Assembly: GCA_045863395.1 (NCBI GenBank)
Contig: BTVJ01000072.1
Location: forward strand, 1 to 36,276
Direction: 5' to 3'
DNA: 36,276 nucleotides
From: Myxococcales bacterium
Lineage (GTDB): Bacteria > Myxococcota_A > UBA9042 > JABWCM01 > BTVJ01
Shown here: positions 17,213 through 26,815 of the stretch, piece after piece
How the letters are laid out: each line of letters begins with the position of its first letter
Position numbering within the stretch: position 1 is the first letter of the stretch
Notes under the pieces: generated by a model
The model's database searches: none
Told to the model about the DNA's origin: nothing
What the model saw: the letters and a program-made list of their open reading frames with translations, nothing else
Position numbers and translations under genes: made by a program

Positions 17213-20200
17213 GTGGGGTCATCGTCCATTGCCAGGTTCACGCAGGTCTTGCTCGCACTGGTCGGCCTCACAGGCTGCATCCCTGAGCGCATCCAGGGCG
17301 AGGCGGACACCAACGAGAAGGACACCTACATCGACCCGGAGAGCGGCGGTATCACCGTCGCCATCACCGGCTCCACGCCCAAGGCGGGCAACAACGGCAA
17401 GATCAACGTGCTGGAGACGGAGGCGCTCCAGCTCGGCGTCACCATCACGGCGCTCGGCGGCTTCAAGGTGGACGACTACCAGGTGCGGTGGTGCCTCTCG
17501 ACGGTCACGGGCCAGTTCACGCAGGACGTGTGCGCCGAGCCCGACATCGACTGCTCGGTGACCCAGTCCGACGAGGTCAACAAGCGTGACGGCATCCTGC
17601 TGCTAAAGCCGGGGGCCTTCAAGAAGGGCCTGGACAGCCAGACCACCCAGGCCGTCGAGTTCCAGCTCACGGCCCGCGCCATCCGGAACGACAAGGCCGG
17701 GGAAGACATCTGCGCGACGAAGGCCCCCGAGAAGTCGGTGATCGTCAACGTGCAGAAGGCGATCCCCGCGCCGACGCCCGAGATCCTCGTCGCCGAGCCC
17801 AGCGAGCCCTTCGGGCAGAAGTGCCACACGACCAGCGCTCCGATCATCACCCAGATCCGTACCGTGAAGGGCTACGAGAACGCCACCTACACAATCCGGT
17901 GGTACCGCAACTCGCTGACCTCGCAGGCGGAGTATGTGGGCAACGCCGTCGCCACCGGCGAGTTCGTCTGCCGCCCGGACGACCCGACCCACCCCCCGGC
18001 CTGCGACCTCAAGTCGGACGCCACGAAGAAGGGGGAGCGGTGGTACGTGACGGCTCAGGTGTCCAAGGGCCAGAACGGGCAGCCCATCCCCGGCGCCGAG
18101 ACCTCGGACCCGCCCTTCGTCGATATCTGCAACTCCTGGCCGGACTGCGGCAAGAAGCCCGTGCTCACCGGGGCCCCCATCGCGGGCGCCCACGGCAAGC
18201 TCCGGTGCGTGGCGACCTGCCGCGACCCGGACATGGACGACCTCTACGCGAAGGTGATCTGGGAGAACCGGAGCACCACGCCGTTCAAGACGGTGGAGCG
18301 GGTGGTGGGCCCGTTCAACTTTGGGGGCGCGCAGCAGGCGGACATCGTGGGCGAGATCGATCTCGGGGCGGAGGCCCCCGACTTCGCGACCAAGAAGCAG
18401 GCCGTCCGGTGCACGATGATGCCCTACAGCCAGGGCCAGGACCCGCTCGCCCTCGACGCCGAGTACCCCGATGCCTACGGGGGCGGAAACTTCAAGGACG
18501 AGGTGAGCATCGTCAACACGCCGCCCCACGGCGACCCGAAGCAGCTCCAGGTGCAGGTCAAGGGTGACCCCACCCTGGACACGACCTATACGTGCATGTT
18601 GGCCGACGTGCCCAGCGCCTACGGAGACGACGACGTCGAGGACGACGGCAAGCTGACCTTCACCTACACGTGGCGCAACCTGACCACCAACAAGACCCTG
18701 TCCAAGACCGGAAGTGACGGCTCCATCGCCAACGTGGCGAAGAACAAGCCCTTCAACCCGCCGGCCGCGCGGGAGCTGGTGCCGGCGCTCGATGCTACGG
18801 CCGGCTTCGTGAAGGCGGGGGAGAAGCTGTGCTGCGACGTCTCGCTGACGGACCTGGACCTGGCGACCACGCCCGTGACCATGCCCGACTCCACGTGCGT
18901 GAAGGTGGACAACCACAAGCCCGTGCTCAAGGTGCCGAGCGGCGACGTCAAGGTCTCCGTGCAGCCCGACGGCAAGCAGATCCAAGAGAACGGCCCCTTC
19001 CCGCCCTGCAAGGACCCGAACGACCCCGTGCCCGACCAGGGCCAGAACCCCTTCACGGCCCAGTCCCTCGTGTGCGGGACCAACGGGACGCCCTACGATG
19101 CCGATGGGGACGAGGTCTTCTACTTCTACACGTGGTTCGACTGCGACAGCGGCGACACCCTCTCTGCGGGCGTGTCCAGCCTGTCGCCCCCCAACGTGTT
19201 CGCGCGCGGCTCCCGCGTCTGCTGCAAGATCCAGGCGTGTGACAGCAAGGCGTGCGGCCCGTCCTACGCGTCGCCGTCCGCCAACGGGGTCCAGATTGGC
19301 AACACGCCGCCCTCCTTCGTCCAGGACAACCAGACGGGTGTGACGGGGCCCGTCGTGGTACCGGCGCCTGGCAGCCTCGGCGACAAGTACAGCCAGTTCT
19401 CGTGCAGCGCGTCCTTCACCGACTGCGATGCGGCAGACGCGCAGGCCATCCCAAAGTCCGCGAAGTACGTGTGGCGCATGAAGACCGGCGGCGTGTTCAC
19501 CGAGCCCTACCTGAACCCCACTCCCGGGGACAAGGTCATCCCGGCGGGCTTCCAGACCCAGCTCCAGTGCGGCCAGGGGCAGGAGCTCCAGTGCAAGATC
19601 ATCCTGGACGACCAGGCGGGCGGCACGAAGGAGTCGGGCTGGTCCGGCAGCACGCCCATCACCAACGACCCTCCCGAGGTGGCGCAGGTCAGCATCGTCT
19701 CCGCGGGGGACGTGACGGTGGGCTCCAAGGTCACGTGCAAGTGGTCCGGGCTCCAGGACCCCAACGGGGATCCCGTCCAGTCGGTGCGCGTGCGGCTGCG
19801 CGTGGGCGACAAGGGCGTCGCGGGGCAGGAGACGCCCGACGATCCCATCGCCGGCTGGACGGCCGTGGCGGAGCACGAGCTCCTCAACCCGGGGGCCACC
19901 GGCGAGCACGCCTTCGATCTGGGCGCCTGCTCGGTGCCGCTGACGGCGCAGGTGGTCAAGGGCAAGCTGCTCTCCTGCGACGTGCAGGCGACGGACGTCT
20001 GCGGCGCCACCAGCCCGCGGATCGCCTCTGTCACGCCGCCCAACAACGACATGCTCGAGATCAAGAACGCCAAGCCGACCTTCCTTGCGGGCGCCGTGTC
20101 CCTGTCACCAGCGACGGGGAAGAAGGGCACCGAGTACAAGTGCAAGGTGTTGACGACGCAGATCAAGGACTGCGATCCGGGTGAGCCCGAGGGCTTCCAG

Positions 20201-23200
20201 TACGTCTACCGGCTCAAGGCCTACAAAGATGGCGTCGTGCAGCCCGACTCCTTCGCGTCGCTCCAGATCTCGAAGGACCTGGTCGGCTCGTTCCCGTTCG
20301 CCGCGTGCCCGCCCGAGCAGACCTTCGTGTGCGAGGTGACCGTGTACGACGCGGCCGGCACGACGGTGCAGGACGTCGTCGCGAGCAACACGGTGCAGGT
20401 CGTGGACCAGAAGCCCGTGGTCACGGCCACGGTGGGGCCCAAGGACCCGAAGATCGGCACCAACCTGACCTGCTCGGTCACGGTGGACGACGAGGCGCCG
20501 AGCGAGGTCAAGACCGCCGTCCAGTGGCAGAAGAACGGGGCCTCCCTGGCGCAGTTCGACGGCTACCCGACCATCACGCTGACGTCCTCCGTCTTCAAGA
20601 AGGGTGAGCTGGTCACGTGCCTCGCCACGGCGGACGACGGGTGCACGCCGCAGGCTACATCGCCTCCGACGGAGCCGGTGACCATCAAGAACACGGCTCC
20701 AACCTTCGCGAAGGTGGACCTGACGCCCACGGCGGCCACGGTGGAGTCCAAGCTCACGTGCCTGCCCGGGACCTGGATCGACCCGGACGGAGACCAGGCC
20801 TTCGGCATCGAGTTCGACTGGGAGGTCCTCGACCCGTCCGGAGGCGGCACCTGGACGAAGATTCCACCCGGGTGCACCAAGAAGGAGGCTGTCGGCGGCT
20901 CCTGGCGCTCCGTCATGGACAGCCCCAAGGACTGCGGCGTCAACCTGATTCGGGCGGGCACCTTCGTCCGGTGTCAGGCGACGGGCCTGGACTCGCAGGA
21001 CGCGGTCAAGGCCGCCGCCGCGCCCGTCGCCTCCAACGAGGTGCTGATCCTGAACGCCGACCCCCAGTTCGCCAGCGAGGTGCAGCTCGTGCCCGTAGCG
21101 ACGCTGCCGACGGCGCCGATGCTCGACGCGGACCAGGCGACCCTCGAGTGCAAGACCGACGTGTTCGACCCGGACGGGGAGACCGGCTGGAAGCTGGAGT
21201 ACTCGTGGTCACTCGTGCCCGCGGGCAAGGACGTGTCCCAGGCCGTGCCGATCCCGGCGCCAACGACCTCCGCCCTGCTCGACCTGTCGAAGGTGATCAC
21301 GCCGGCCATCACGCCGTGTGGCCAGGTCTTCTGCACGGCGAAGCTCTACAACCAGGTGGACAAGGTGGTCACGCAGGCGGCCTCGCAGATCCTGCCGCTG
21401 CACAAGGGCGGGTCCATTCGCCTGAAGGGCGGGGCGCCAGTGGTCAACATCACCGCCAACCCGCCGGCGGGCTCCGACCCGGTGGCGGGCAACCCGCAGC
21501 AGGGCTACGTGGAGCTCTGGTACTGGCCGGTCGCGATGCCGACGGCGGGCGGCACGTCCAAGCACGTGCTGCTCAGCCAGGCGTCGGTCTCCGACCCCTG
21601 GGAGCTGCGGGTTGCGCCCGGCGGAGTGCTGCGACTGGCGTGGTCCACCTCGCTGCCCCTCGACATGACGGCGGCCCAGGACCTGGCGGCGACCATCCCC
21701 GTGGGGCAGTGGAGCCACATCGCGGTGCGGTGGAGCCTGACCAAGGTCTACCTCTATGTGAATGGTGCGGAGGTGGCGAGCTGGACGACCGCCGCGAAGC
21801 CCTTCGACCTGGGCAAGCTCCAGATCGGCGCGGGGGCACCGTATGGCCCCGACGGGTACCTGGACGAGCTGCGTGTGCGCAGCACCACCGGCGTCGTCCC
21901 CGATACGAGCCAGCCCTTCTTCGCGGCCTGCCTGGACAACACGGTCGCGGTGTACCACTTCGACCCCTCGAACGGCGCGACCATCGTCGACGGGTCGGGG
22001 CACGGCTTCTACGGCACGTTCGCGGGGGGGCAGACCGCGTGGAGCTGGCACGGCCAGGTGGACACGTGCGGGACCGAGGACTGCGACTCCGGCTGCTCGG
22101 GCTCGGGCAACTGCCTGCTTCCGCCCACCAAGGTGAAGAACGCCTTCCTCGGCGCCAAGGACGACGCGGCCACCGTCACGACCTACACGGTGCGCTGTAC
22201 GGCGGCGGGGTCGCTCGACCTCTCCGGCGGGGCGGTCACGGACTACCTCTTCGAGTGGCTGGACAAGGACGTCCCCGGCGGCAACAACATCGCCCAGTAC
22301 ACGGCGGTCAAGGGCATCGGCGCCGAGGGGACCTACCAGGAGGCGAAGATCCAGGTGAGCCAGGCCGACGGGTGCATCCCCGTGCAGTGCCGGGCGACCC
22401 CGCTGTCTGCGAAGACCGGCAAGCCGGGGCCGGCCGGCGTGTCGACGACCCAGCTCCTGTGCTGGTCGAACCAGCTCCCTGCGGTGAAGATGGTCGACTT
22501 CAACTGCGACGACGGGACAGCGTGTACGCAGAACACCCCCGACGCGGCCTTCGGGTGTCTGCTGGCCAACGACAACGGCGCCAAGTGCTCGGCTTCCTGC
22601 GAGAGCTACGAGCTGCCGACGTGCAGCGCGGGGGCGTGCATCTGCCAGCCCAAGTGCATCTCGGAGAACCCGTGCCAGCAGTTCACGTCCGAGGGGCCAA
22701 ACGGGGAGTGCAACTTCACGAGCAAGGCGGATGGGACGGCGTGCGTCGTGGCGGGCAACGCCTGCGCGGCGACATCGGACGGCACGTGCACCGCGGGCAA
22801 GTGCACGCCCAAGTCGCAGGTCTCGTGCGACGACGCGAACCCATGCACGGACGACTCCTGCGATCCGAGCAACGGCTGCACCCACAAGGTCAACGCCGTG
22901 GCGTGCGACGACGGCAACGCCTGCACCCAGGGTGACACCTGCATCAACACGTTCTGCGTTCCGGGACCTGGCAAGGTCTGCAACGACAACAACCTGTGCA
23001 CTACCGACTCTTGCAGCCAGGTGACGGGGTGCGTCTTCACGAACAACACGCTGCCCTGTCAGGACGGCAACGAGTGTACCGAGAACGACGCGTGCGCCGG
23101 GGGGCTCTGCAAGCCGGGCACGGCGGTCATCTGCAATGACGGGAACTCGTGCACGGACGACCTGTGCCACCCGGTCTTCGGCTGCCAGCACGTGGCCAAC

Positions 23201-26200
23201 ACGAGCACCTGCAACGACGGGAGCGCCTGTACCCTCAACGACTTCTGCTCGGGAGGGCAGTGCATCGGCGCTGCGGCCCTCTGCAACGACGGCAACCCGT
23301 GCACGGACGACTCCTGCGTCCCGACGAGCGGCTGCAAGTTCACCCCCAACGGCATGGCGTGCAACGACAACAACGCGTGTACCAGCACGGACACGTGCAA
23401 CGTGGCGGGGCAGTGCCAGGGGACGCCGGTCCAGTGCGACGACGGGAACCCCTGCACCACCGACTACTGCCTGCCGGGGACGGGGTGCGTCAACGAGAAC
23501 AACACCCTGAGCTGCAACGACGGCAACGCCTGCACGGTGAGCGACAAGTGCCAGGCGGGCACCTGCAAGGGCGTCAACGCCAACTGCAACGACGGCAACC
23601 AGTGCACCACGGATTCGTGCAACCCGGCGACGGGCTGTGTGAACTCCCCGCTCGTGGGGCTCTGCGACGATGGGAACGCCTGCACCCAGAACGACCAGTG
23701 TGTGGGCACGAGCTGCGTCGGAGGTCAGGCGACGGACTGCTCCGTCTACGAGACGGGGCCCTGCACGAAGAGCTACTGCACGCCGGCGGGGGGCTGCACT
23801 GCTGCCCAGAACCTGGAGAACGGGTCCGCTTGCACCGACGGCAACGCATGCACGACCGGCGACAAGTGCCAGAACGGGCAGTGTCTGGGATCGGTGCTGT
23901 CGTGTGACGACGGGAAGCAGTGTACCGACGACTCCTGCGACCCGGCCAAGGGCTGCCAGAACATCCCGAACACCAAGGCGTGCGACGACGGGAACCCCTG
24001 CACGACCGGGGACGTGTGCAAGACCGGGGCGTGCACTGCGGGGGCTGCGGTGGTATGCAACGACGGCAACCCCTGCACCAACGACTCGTGCAATCCCCAG
24101 GCGGCGGGCACCGGCGATCTGTGTGTGTACGTGCCCATCGTCATCCCTTGTGACGATGGGAACAAGTGCACCAAGAACGACGCCTGCGCCCTCGGCGTGT
24201 GCAAGGGCGAGACCGTGAACTGCAACGACAATGACGTGTGCACGGACGACCTGTGCAACCCCGCTTCGGGCTGCTACTCGATCCTCAATGATGCGACCTG
24301 CAACGACAATGAGCCCTGCACGAGCGAGTCCAAGTGCATCGCGGGGCAGTGTCTGGGCACGAAGTCGACAGACTGCAACGACAACAACGTGTGCACCGAC
24401 GACTCCTGCCTCCTCGGGGTCGGGTGCAAGCACGTGAACAACACGGGGGTCTGCGACGACGGCAAGGTGTGCACCGAGGCGGACAAGTGCGCGAGCGGCA
24501 TCTGCAGCGGCACGGCCAAGCTGTGCAACGATGCGGACCCGTGCACCTCCGACGCCTGTGTGGAGCCCACGGGCTGCCTCTACACCGGCATCTCCGGCAC
24601 CTTGTGCAACGACAACAACCAGTGCACCCAGACGGACGTGTGCCAGTCGGGCAACTGCGTCGGAAGCAACCCCAAGGTGTGTGACGACGGGAAGGTGTGC
24701 ACCACCGACTCGTGCGATGCGGCGACAGGCTGCAAGTTCGTGAACAACACCAACGCCTGCGATGACGGCAACCCCTGCACGACGACCGATGTGTGCAGCA
24801 ACGGCGTGTGCGTCGGCTCGGGCGGCCTCAACTGTGACGACGGCAACCCGTGCACCACCGACACGTGCAGCCTCACGAGCGGGTGCGCGTACACGAACAA
24901 CACGCTGCCGTGCAACGACAACAACGCCTGCACCCACACGGACAAGTGCAAGAGCGGGAGCTGCACCGACGTGCTGCCGGTCAACTGCGATGACGGCAAC
25001 GTGTGTACGGCAGATAGCTGCGACATCCTGGCCGGGTGTCAGTACGCGCCCAAGACCGGGCCTTGCAGCGACAACAACGCGTGCACCGACAACGACACCT
25101 GCGTGGGCACCTCGTGTCAGCCCGGGACCACCAAGGTGTGCAACGACAACAACGTGTGCACTACCGACTCCTGCGATGTCGCCACGGGGTGCAAGTTCAG
25201 CGCGGTCACCGGGACGGACTGCGACGACGGCAACGCGTGCACGACTCCGGACAAGTGTCAGTCGGGGACCTGCGTGGGGACGGCGGTCAACTGCAACGAC
25301 AACAACCCGTGCACGAACGACTCGTGTAACGCGGCGACCGGGCTCTGCCAGAACACCCCCGTGTCCGGGTCGTGCAACGACGGCAATGCCTGCACGACCT
25401 CGGACACCTGCACGAGCGGGGTCTGTCAGGGGACCGCCGTGACCTGCAACGACAACAAGGTCTGCACCACGGACTCCTGCAACCCGGCGACGGGATGCGT
25501 GTTCACCCCGTTGACCGGGCAGGGGTGCAATGACGGTCAGAACTGCACGATCAATGATGCGTGTGACGCGTCGGGAAATTGTGCCGGTACGCCCAAGGAC
25601 TGCGACGATGGCAACGTGTGCACCACCGACACGTGCAACTCGACGAACGGGAACTGCCAGAGCGCCAACAACACGGTTGCCTGCGACGACGGAACCGCGT
25701 GCACATCGGGAGATGTGTGCAAGAACGGGGTCTGCGCGGGGACGGCCATCACCTGCAACGACAACAAGACCTGCACCACCGACACGTGCAATCCGGCCAC
25801 CGGGTGCGTGTTCACTCCGCAGCCGGGTCAGTCCTGCACGGATGGGGACCTCTGCACGGTGGACGACACCTGCACCGGCACGGGCGCGTGCCAGGGGCCG
25901 CTCGCCTTCTGCTGCCAGGCTGGCAACACACCAGGCGGCTGCAACCTCTCCTATTCCGGGTCTCTAGGCTCGACGAGCACGTATGGGACCTACTCCTGCG
26001 ACGCGACGAACTACATCGGCGGCGACAAGGAGGTGTGTTTGACGCCCACGCCCGGCACCGGAACCTCTATCGAGGTCTGCATGGACTTTGCGGGGAGCGT
26101 GACCGGCGGCGCCTTCGTGCTCAAGGATCTGGATGACCAGGCGGGCGTGCCGTCCCAGTGTTCGTTCGCCGTGCAGCCGGGCAAGTGTGCGGTCATCCCC

Positions 26201-26695
26201 AGCGCGGGTGGGACCTTCGCACACTACCTCGTCGCGCTGGATGCCACGACGAACAACGCCACGGCCCGCTACCACGTGCGGTGCCCTGGCGCCGGCGTGA
26301 ACTGCGCGGCGGCGGGGCAGGCGCTTGTCGCCAACACGCCCGTGGTGTGCAACTCCAGCTCCGGGTGGACCAGCACCGCGGGCAGCTTCGGGGCGTCGTG
26401 CGGAAACGTGAGCGCCACGAAGAGCCGACTGTTCACGTTCACCCCGTCCACCACGGGCACCTACTCTGCGTGGCTCGGGTCGACGGTGGCGGAGGCGGGG
26501 GCGGTGCTCTACGTGGGTAAGCGCACCGGGGCCACCTGTGTGCCGTCCGACTGCCTGGCTGCCGGCACTGCGGGCAAGGCGGTCCACTTCGCGGTGGCGA
26601 CCGCAAGCGAGCCGTGGTGCCTCTGGGTGGACAACCCGGCCAATTCCAACATGGTCAGCACCGTGTCCTTCAGCCGCTATCTGTCGTTCCCGTAG
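17213..26695 (+). CDS. Giant (3160 aa) surface lipoprotein, adhesin-like: Ig-like repeats, LamG-like domain, Cys-rich CxDxNxCTxD repeats, C-terminal PPC-like domains
   Basis: Lipobox LVGLTG/C. About 10 units starting N-x-x-P with LxC..DxDGD..Y/W..C. LamG motifs VELWY, GQWSHIAV, LYVNG, GYLDELRV, VYHFD. 40 Cys-rich units. GGAGGG RBS. Confidence 0.92.
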   Translation: MGSSSIARFTQVLLALVGLTGCIPERIQGEADTNEKDTYIDPESGGITVAITGSTPKAGNNGKINVLETEALQLGVTITALGGFKVDDYQVRWCLSTVTGQFTQDVCAEPDIDCSVTQSDEVNKRDGILLLKPGAFKKGLDSQTTQAVEFQLTARAIRNDKAGEDICATKAPEKSVIVNVQKAIPAPTPEILVAEPSEPFGQKCHTTSAPIITQIRTVKGYENATYTIRWYRNSLTSQAEYVGNAVATGEFVCRPDDPTHPPACDLKSDATKKGERWYVTAQVSKGQNGQPIPGAETSDPPFVDICNSWPDCGKKPVLTGAPIAGAHGKLRCVATCRDPDMDDLYAKVIWENRSTTPFKTVERVVGPFNFGGAQQADIVGEIDLGAEAPDFATKKQAVRCTMMPYSQGQDPLALDAEYPDAYGGGNFKDEVSIVNTPPHGDPKQLQVQVKGDPTLDTTYTCMLADVPSAYGDDDVEDDGKLTFTYTWRNLTTNKTLSKTGSDGSIANVAKNKPFNPPAARELVPALDATAGFVKAGEKLCCDVSLTDLDLATTPVTMPDSTCVKVDNHKPVLKVPSGDVKVSVQPDGKQIQENGPFPPCKDPNDPVPDQGQNPFTAQSLVCGTNGTPYDADGDEVFYFYTWFDCDSGDTLSAGVSSLSPPNVFARGSRVCCKIQACDSKACGPSYASPSANGVQIGNTPPSFVQDNQTGVTGPVVVPAPGSLGDKYSQFSCSASFTDCDAADAQAIPKSAKYVWRMKTGGVFTEPYLNPTPGDKVIPAGFQTQLQCGQGQELQCKIILDDQAGGTKESGWSGSTPITNDPPEVAQVSIVSAGDVTVGSKVTCKWSGLQDPNGDPVQSVRVRLRVGDKGVAGQETPDDPIAGWTAVAEHELLNPGATGEHAFDLGACSVPLTAQVVKGKLLSCDVQATDVCGATSPRIASVTPPNNDMLEIKNAKPTFLAGAVSLSPATGKKGTEYKCKVLTTQIKDCDPGEPEGFQYVYRLKAYKDGVVQPDSFASLQISKDLVGSFPFAACPPEQTFVCEVTVYDAAGTTVQDVVASNTVQVVDQKPVVTATVGPKDPKIGTNLTCSVTVDDEAPSEVKTAVQWQKNGASLAQFDGYPTITLTSSVFKKGELVTCLATADDGCTPQATSPPTEPVTIKNTAPTFAKVDLTPTAATVESKLTCLPGTWIDPDGDQAFGIEFDWEVLDPSGGGTWTKIPPGCTKKEAVGGSWRSVMDSPKDCGVNLIRAGTFVRCQATGLDSQDAVKAAAAPVASNEVLILNADPQFASEVQLVPVATLPTAPMLDADQATLECKTDVFDPDGETGWKLEYSWSLVPAGKDVSQAVPIPAPTTSALLDLSKVITPAITPCGQVFCTAKLYNQVDKVVTQAASQILPLHKGGSIRLKGGAPVVNITANPPAGSDPVAGNPQQGYVELWYWPVAMPTAGGTSKHVLLSQASVSDPWELRVAPGGVLRLAWSTSLPLDMTAAQDLAATIPVGQWSHIAVRWSLTKVYLYVNGAEVASWTTAAKPFDLGKLQIGAGAPYGPDGYLDELRVRSTTGVVPDTSQPFFAACLDNTVAVYHFDPSNGATIVDGSGHGFYGTFAGGQTAWSWHGQVDTCGTEDCDSGCSGSGNCLLPPTKVKNAFLGAKDDAATVTTYTVRCTAAGSLDLSGGAVTDYLFEWLDKDVPGGNNIAQYTAVKGIGAEGTYQEAKIQVSQADGCIPVQCRATPLSAKTGKPGPAGVSTTQLLCWSNQLPAVKMVDFNCDDGTACTQNTPDAAFGCLLANDNGAKCSASCESYELPTCSAGACICQPKCISENPCQQFTSEGPNGECNFTSKADGTACVVAGNACAATSDGTCTAGKCTPKSQVSCDDANPCTDDSCDPSNGCTHKVNAVACDDGNACTQGDTCINTFCVPGPGKVCNDNNLCTTDSCSQVTGCVFTNNTLPCQDGNECTENDACAGGLCKPGTAVICNDGNSCTDDLCHPVFGCQHVANTSTCNDGSACTLNDFCSGGQCIGAAALCNDGNPCTDDSCVPTSGCKFTPNGMACNDNNACTSTDTCNVAGQCQGTPVQCDDGNPCTTDYCLPGTGCVNENNTLSCNDGNACTVSDKCQAGTCKGVNANCNDGNQCTTDSCNPATGCVNSPLVGLCDDGNACTQNDQCVGTSCVGGQATDCSVYETGPCTKSYCTPAGGCTAAQNLENGSACTDGNACTTGDKCQNGQCLGSVLSCDDGKQCTDDSCDPAKGCQNIPNTKACDDGNPCTTGDVCKTGACTAGAAVVCNDGNPCTNDSCNPQAAGTGDLCVYVPIVIPCDDGNKCTKNDACALGVCKGETVNCNDNDVCTDDLCNPASGCYSILNDATCNDNEPCTSESKCIAGQCLGTKSTDCNDNNVCTDDSCLLGVGCKHVNNTGVCDDGKVCTEADKCASGICSGTAKLCNDADPCTSDACVEPTGCLYTGISGTLCNDNNQCTQTDVCQSGNCVGSNPKVCDDGKVCTTDSCDAATGCKFVNNTNACDDGNPCTTTDVCSNGVCVGSGGLNCDDGNPCTTDTCSLTSGCAYTNNTLPCNDNNACTHTDKCKSGSCTDVLPVNCDDGNVCTADSCDILAGCQYAPKTGPCSDNNACTDNDTCVGTSCQPGTTKVCNDNNVCTTDSCDVATGCKFSAVTGTDCDDGNACTTPDKCQSGTCVGTAVNCNDNNPCTNDSCNAATGLCQNTPVSGSCNDGNACTTSDTCTSGVCQGTAVTCNDNKVCTTDSCNPATGCVFTPLTGQGCNDGQNCTINDACDASGNCAGTPKDCDDGNVCTTDTCNSTNGNCQSANNTVACDDGTACTSGDVCKNGVCAGTAITCNDNKTCTTDTCNPATGCVFTPQPGQSCTDGDLCTVDDTCTGTGACQGPLAFCCQAGNTPGGCNLSYSGSLGSTSTYGTYSCDATNYIGGDKEVCLTPTPGTGTSIEVCMDFAGSVTGGAFVLKDLDDQAGVPSQCSFAVQPGKCAVIPSAGGTFAHYLVALDATTNNATARYHVRCPGAGVNCAAAGQALVANTPVVCNSSSGWTSTAGSFGASCGNVSATKSRLFTFTPSTTGTYSAWLGSTVAEAGAVLYVGKRTGATCVPSDCLAAGTAGKAVHFAVATASEPWCLWVDNPANSNMVSTVSFSRYLSFP
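17750..21400 (+). repeat. About 10 degenerate Ig/cadherin-like ~110-140-aa domains within the giant lipoprotein
   Basis: Unit starts NSWP, NTPP, NHKP, NTPP, NDPP, NAKP, DQKP, NTAP, NADP, with recurrent DxDGD/DPDG and paired Cys. Boundaries are approximate. Confidence 0.7.
22826..25891 (+). repeat. Array of 40 Cys-rich ~25-aa units (Dictyostelium CTDC-like), alternating two unit types
   Basis: Counted by eye from the translation: type A CxDxNxCTxDxC...GC alternates with type B CxDxNxCTxxDxC..GxC. Confidence 0.9.
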
Positions 26696-26815
26696 GCGGC
26701 GGGGCCGCGTCTCTGGCTCACCTGCTGCGACGACCGTCGTGGCCGGCCACACCAGAGTCCCACTACGGCATCGACGTCGAGGTGCGGTCCACCACGTCCG
26801 AGGAGAGTCGACCAT

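Noticed and set aside
14693..24937. Long minus-strand ORFs 14693..17134, 17603..19909 and 21209..24937
   Set aside because: Antisense shadows of the strongly biased plus-strand genes.
22826..25891. Regularly spaced TGCAACGAC/TGCGACGACGGCAAC repeats that resemble a CRISPR array
   Set aside because: The repeats are in-frame coding units that vary at synonymous positions, and no cas genes are present.
26696..26815. Possible riboswitch or ncRNA upstream of the DUF808 gene
   Set aside because: I found no recognisable conserved aptamer motif. An Rfam/Infernal scan would be needed to exclude it.
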